From assembly GCA_951406725.2 (NCBI GenBank), contig OX597819.1:70928001-70992000 (forward strand): DNA of 64,000 nucleotides. Direction: 5' to 3'. Numbering within the stretch: the stretch's first letter is position 1; each line of letters opens with the position of its first letter. Both the position numbers and the translations under genes were made by a program. The notes under the pieces are model-generated. The model did no database searches and was not told where the DNA came from. It was given only the letters and a program-made list of their open reading frames with translations. Shown in pieces: positions 63,551 to 64,000 of the stretch. The DNA is from Octopus vulgaris. Lineage: Eukaryota.

Positions 63551-64000
63551 CCTTAGGTTGTGGCTTAAACATCCCAAGGATCAATATTGACCACTTTACG
63601 AACCCATTTTAATTGACATTCCAACTGTACACAGGATTATGTTTCAGTTAGCCATAGCTTTCACCTGAATCTTAGGCAACCTTCCTGCATTGATATGCTT
63701 CTGGTATTTTCTTTTGCAGACAGATTGTCATTTTGTGCATATACCGTATATTGAATTGCGTTTTCAAATTCCTTGGTGCTTAACTGTTTTTGTTACCATA
63801 TTTCTGTTGGAATACATTTCCTTTGTTCTAATTAATTTTGAAAATAACGAAGAATTTAGTAAAATAAATAATAATTATTACTAAGTTGCTGCTTGGACCA
63901 TAAATTAGCATGAAATGTAATTGGAAAGTTGGTATCAAAAGGGTTAACATGGTGTGCCCATGTGGTAAGAAGTTTGCTTCTCAGCCACATGGTTCCTGTT

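Noticed and set aside
120-63884. Most short ORFs in the supplied track
   Set aside because: They are translations of SINEs and microsatellites, or off-frame and antisense overlaps of Lgl exons.

Overview
Eukaryotic, AT-rich, microsatellite- and SINE-dense DNA; the repeat content suggests an octopus (coleoid cephalopod), which is an inference. The whole window lies inside one plus-strand gene, a lethal(2) giant larvae (Lgl/LLGL) homologue. I traced 19 consecutive GT-AG exons (13..56419) that join in phase into a stop-free 2952-nt (984-codon) frame with the WD40 repeats, the LLGL domain motifs, the aPKC-phosphorylated polybasic segment and an LLGL1-like C-terminal motif. The start codon is upstream of the window and the last exon was not confidently found. 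Introns hold tRNA-derived SINEs with interchangeable tails, TTAA-flanked piggyBac-like MITEs, hAT MITEs with 8-bp TSDs, a Helitron-like element and RTE/CR1 LINE fragments. Most notable: (i) several intronic inverted or tandem repeats carry decayed minimal type-I hammerhead-ribozyme motifs of the Penelope-like-element kind, one apparently with a G3-C8 swapped core; (ii) a frame-preserving 27-nt candidate microexon would extend the Lgl polybasic region; (iii) inverted SINE pairs sit right against exons 6-8. Repeat boundaries were estimated by eye and no searches were run.
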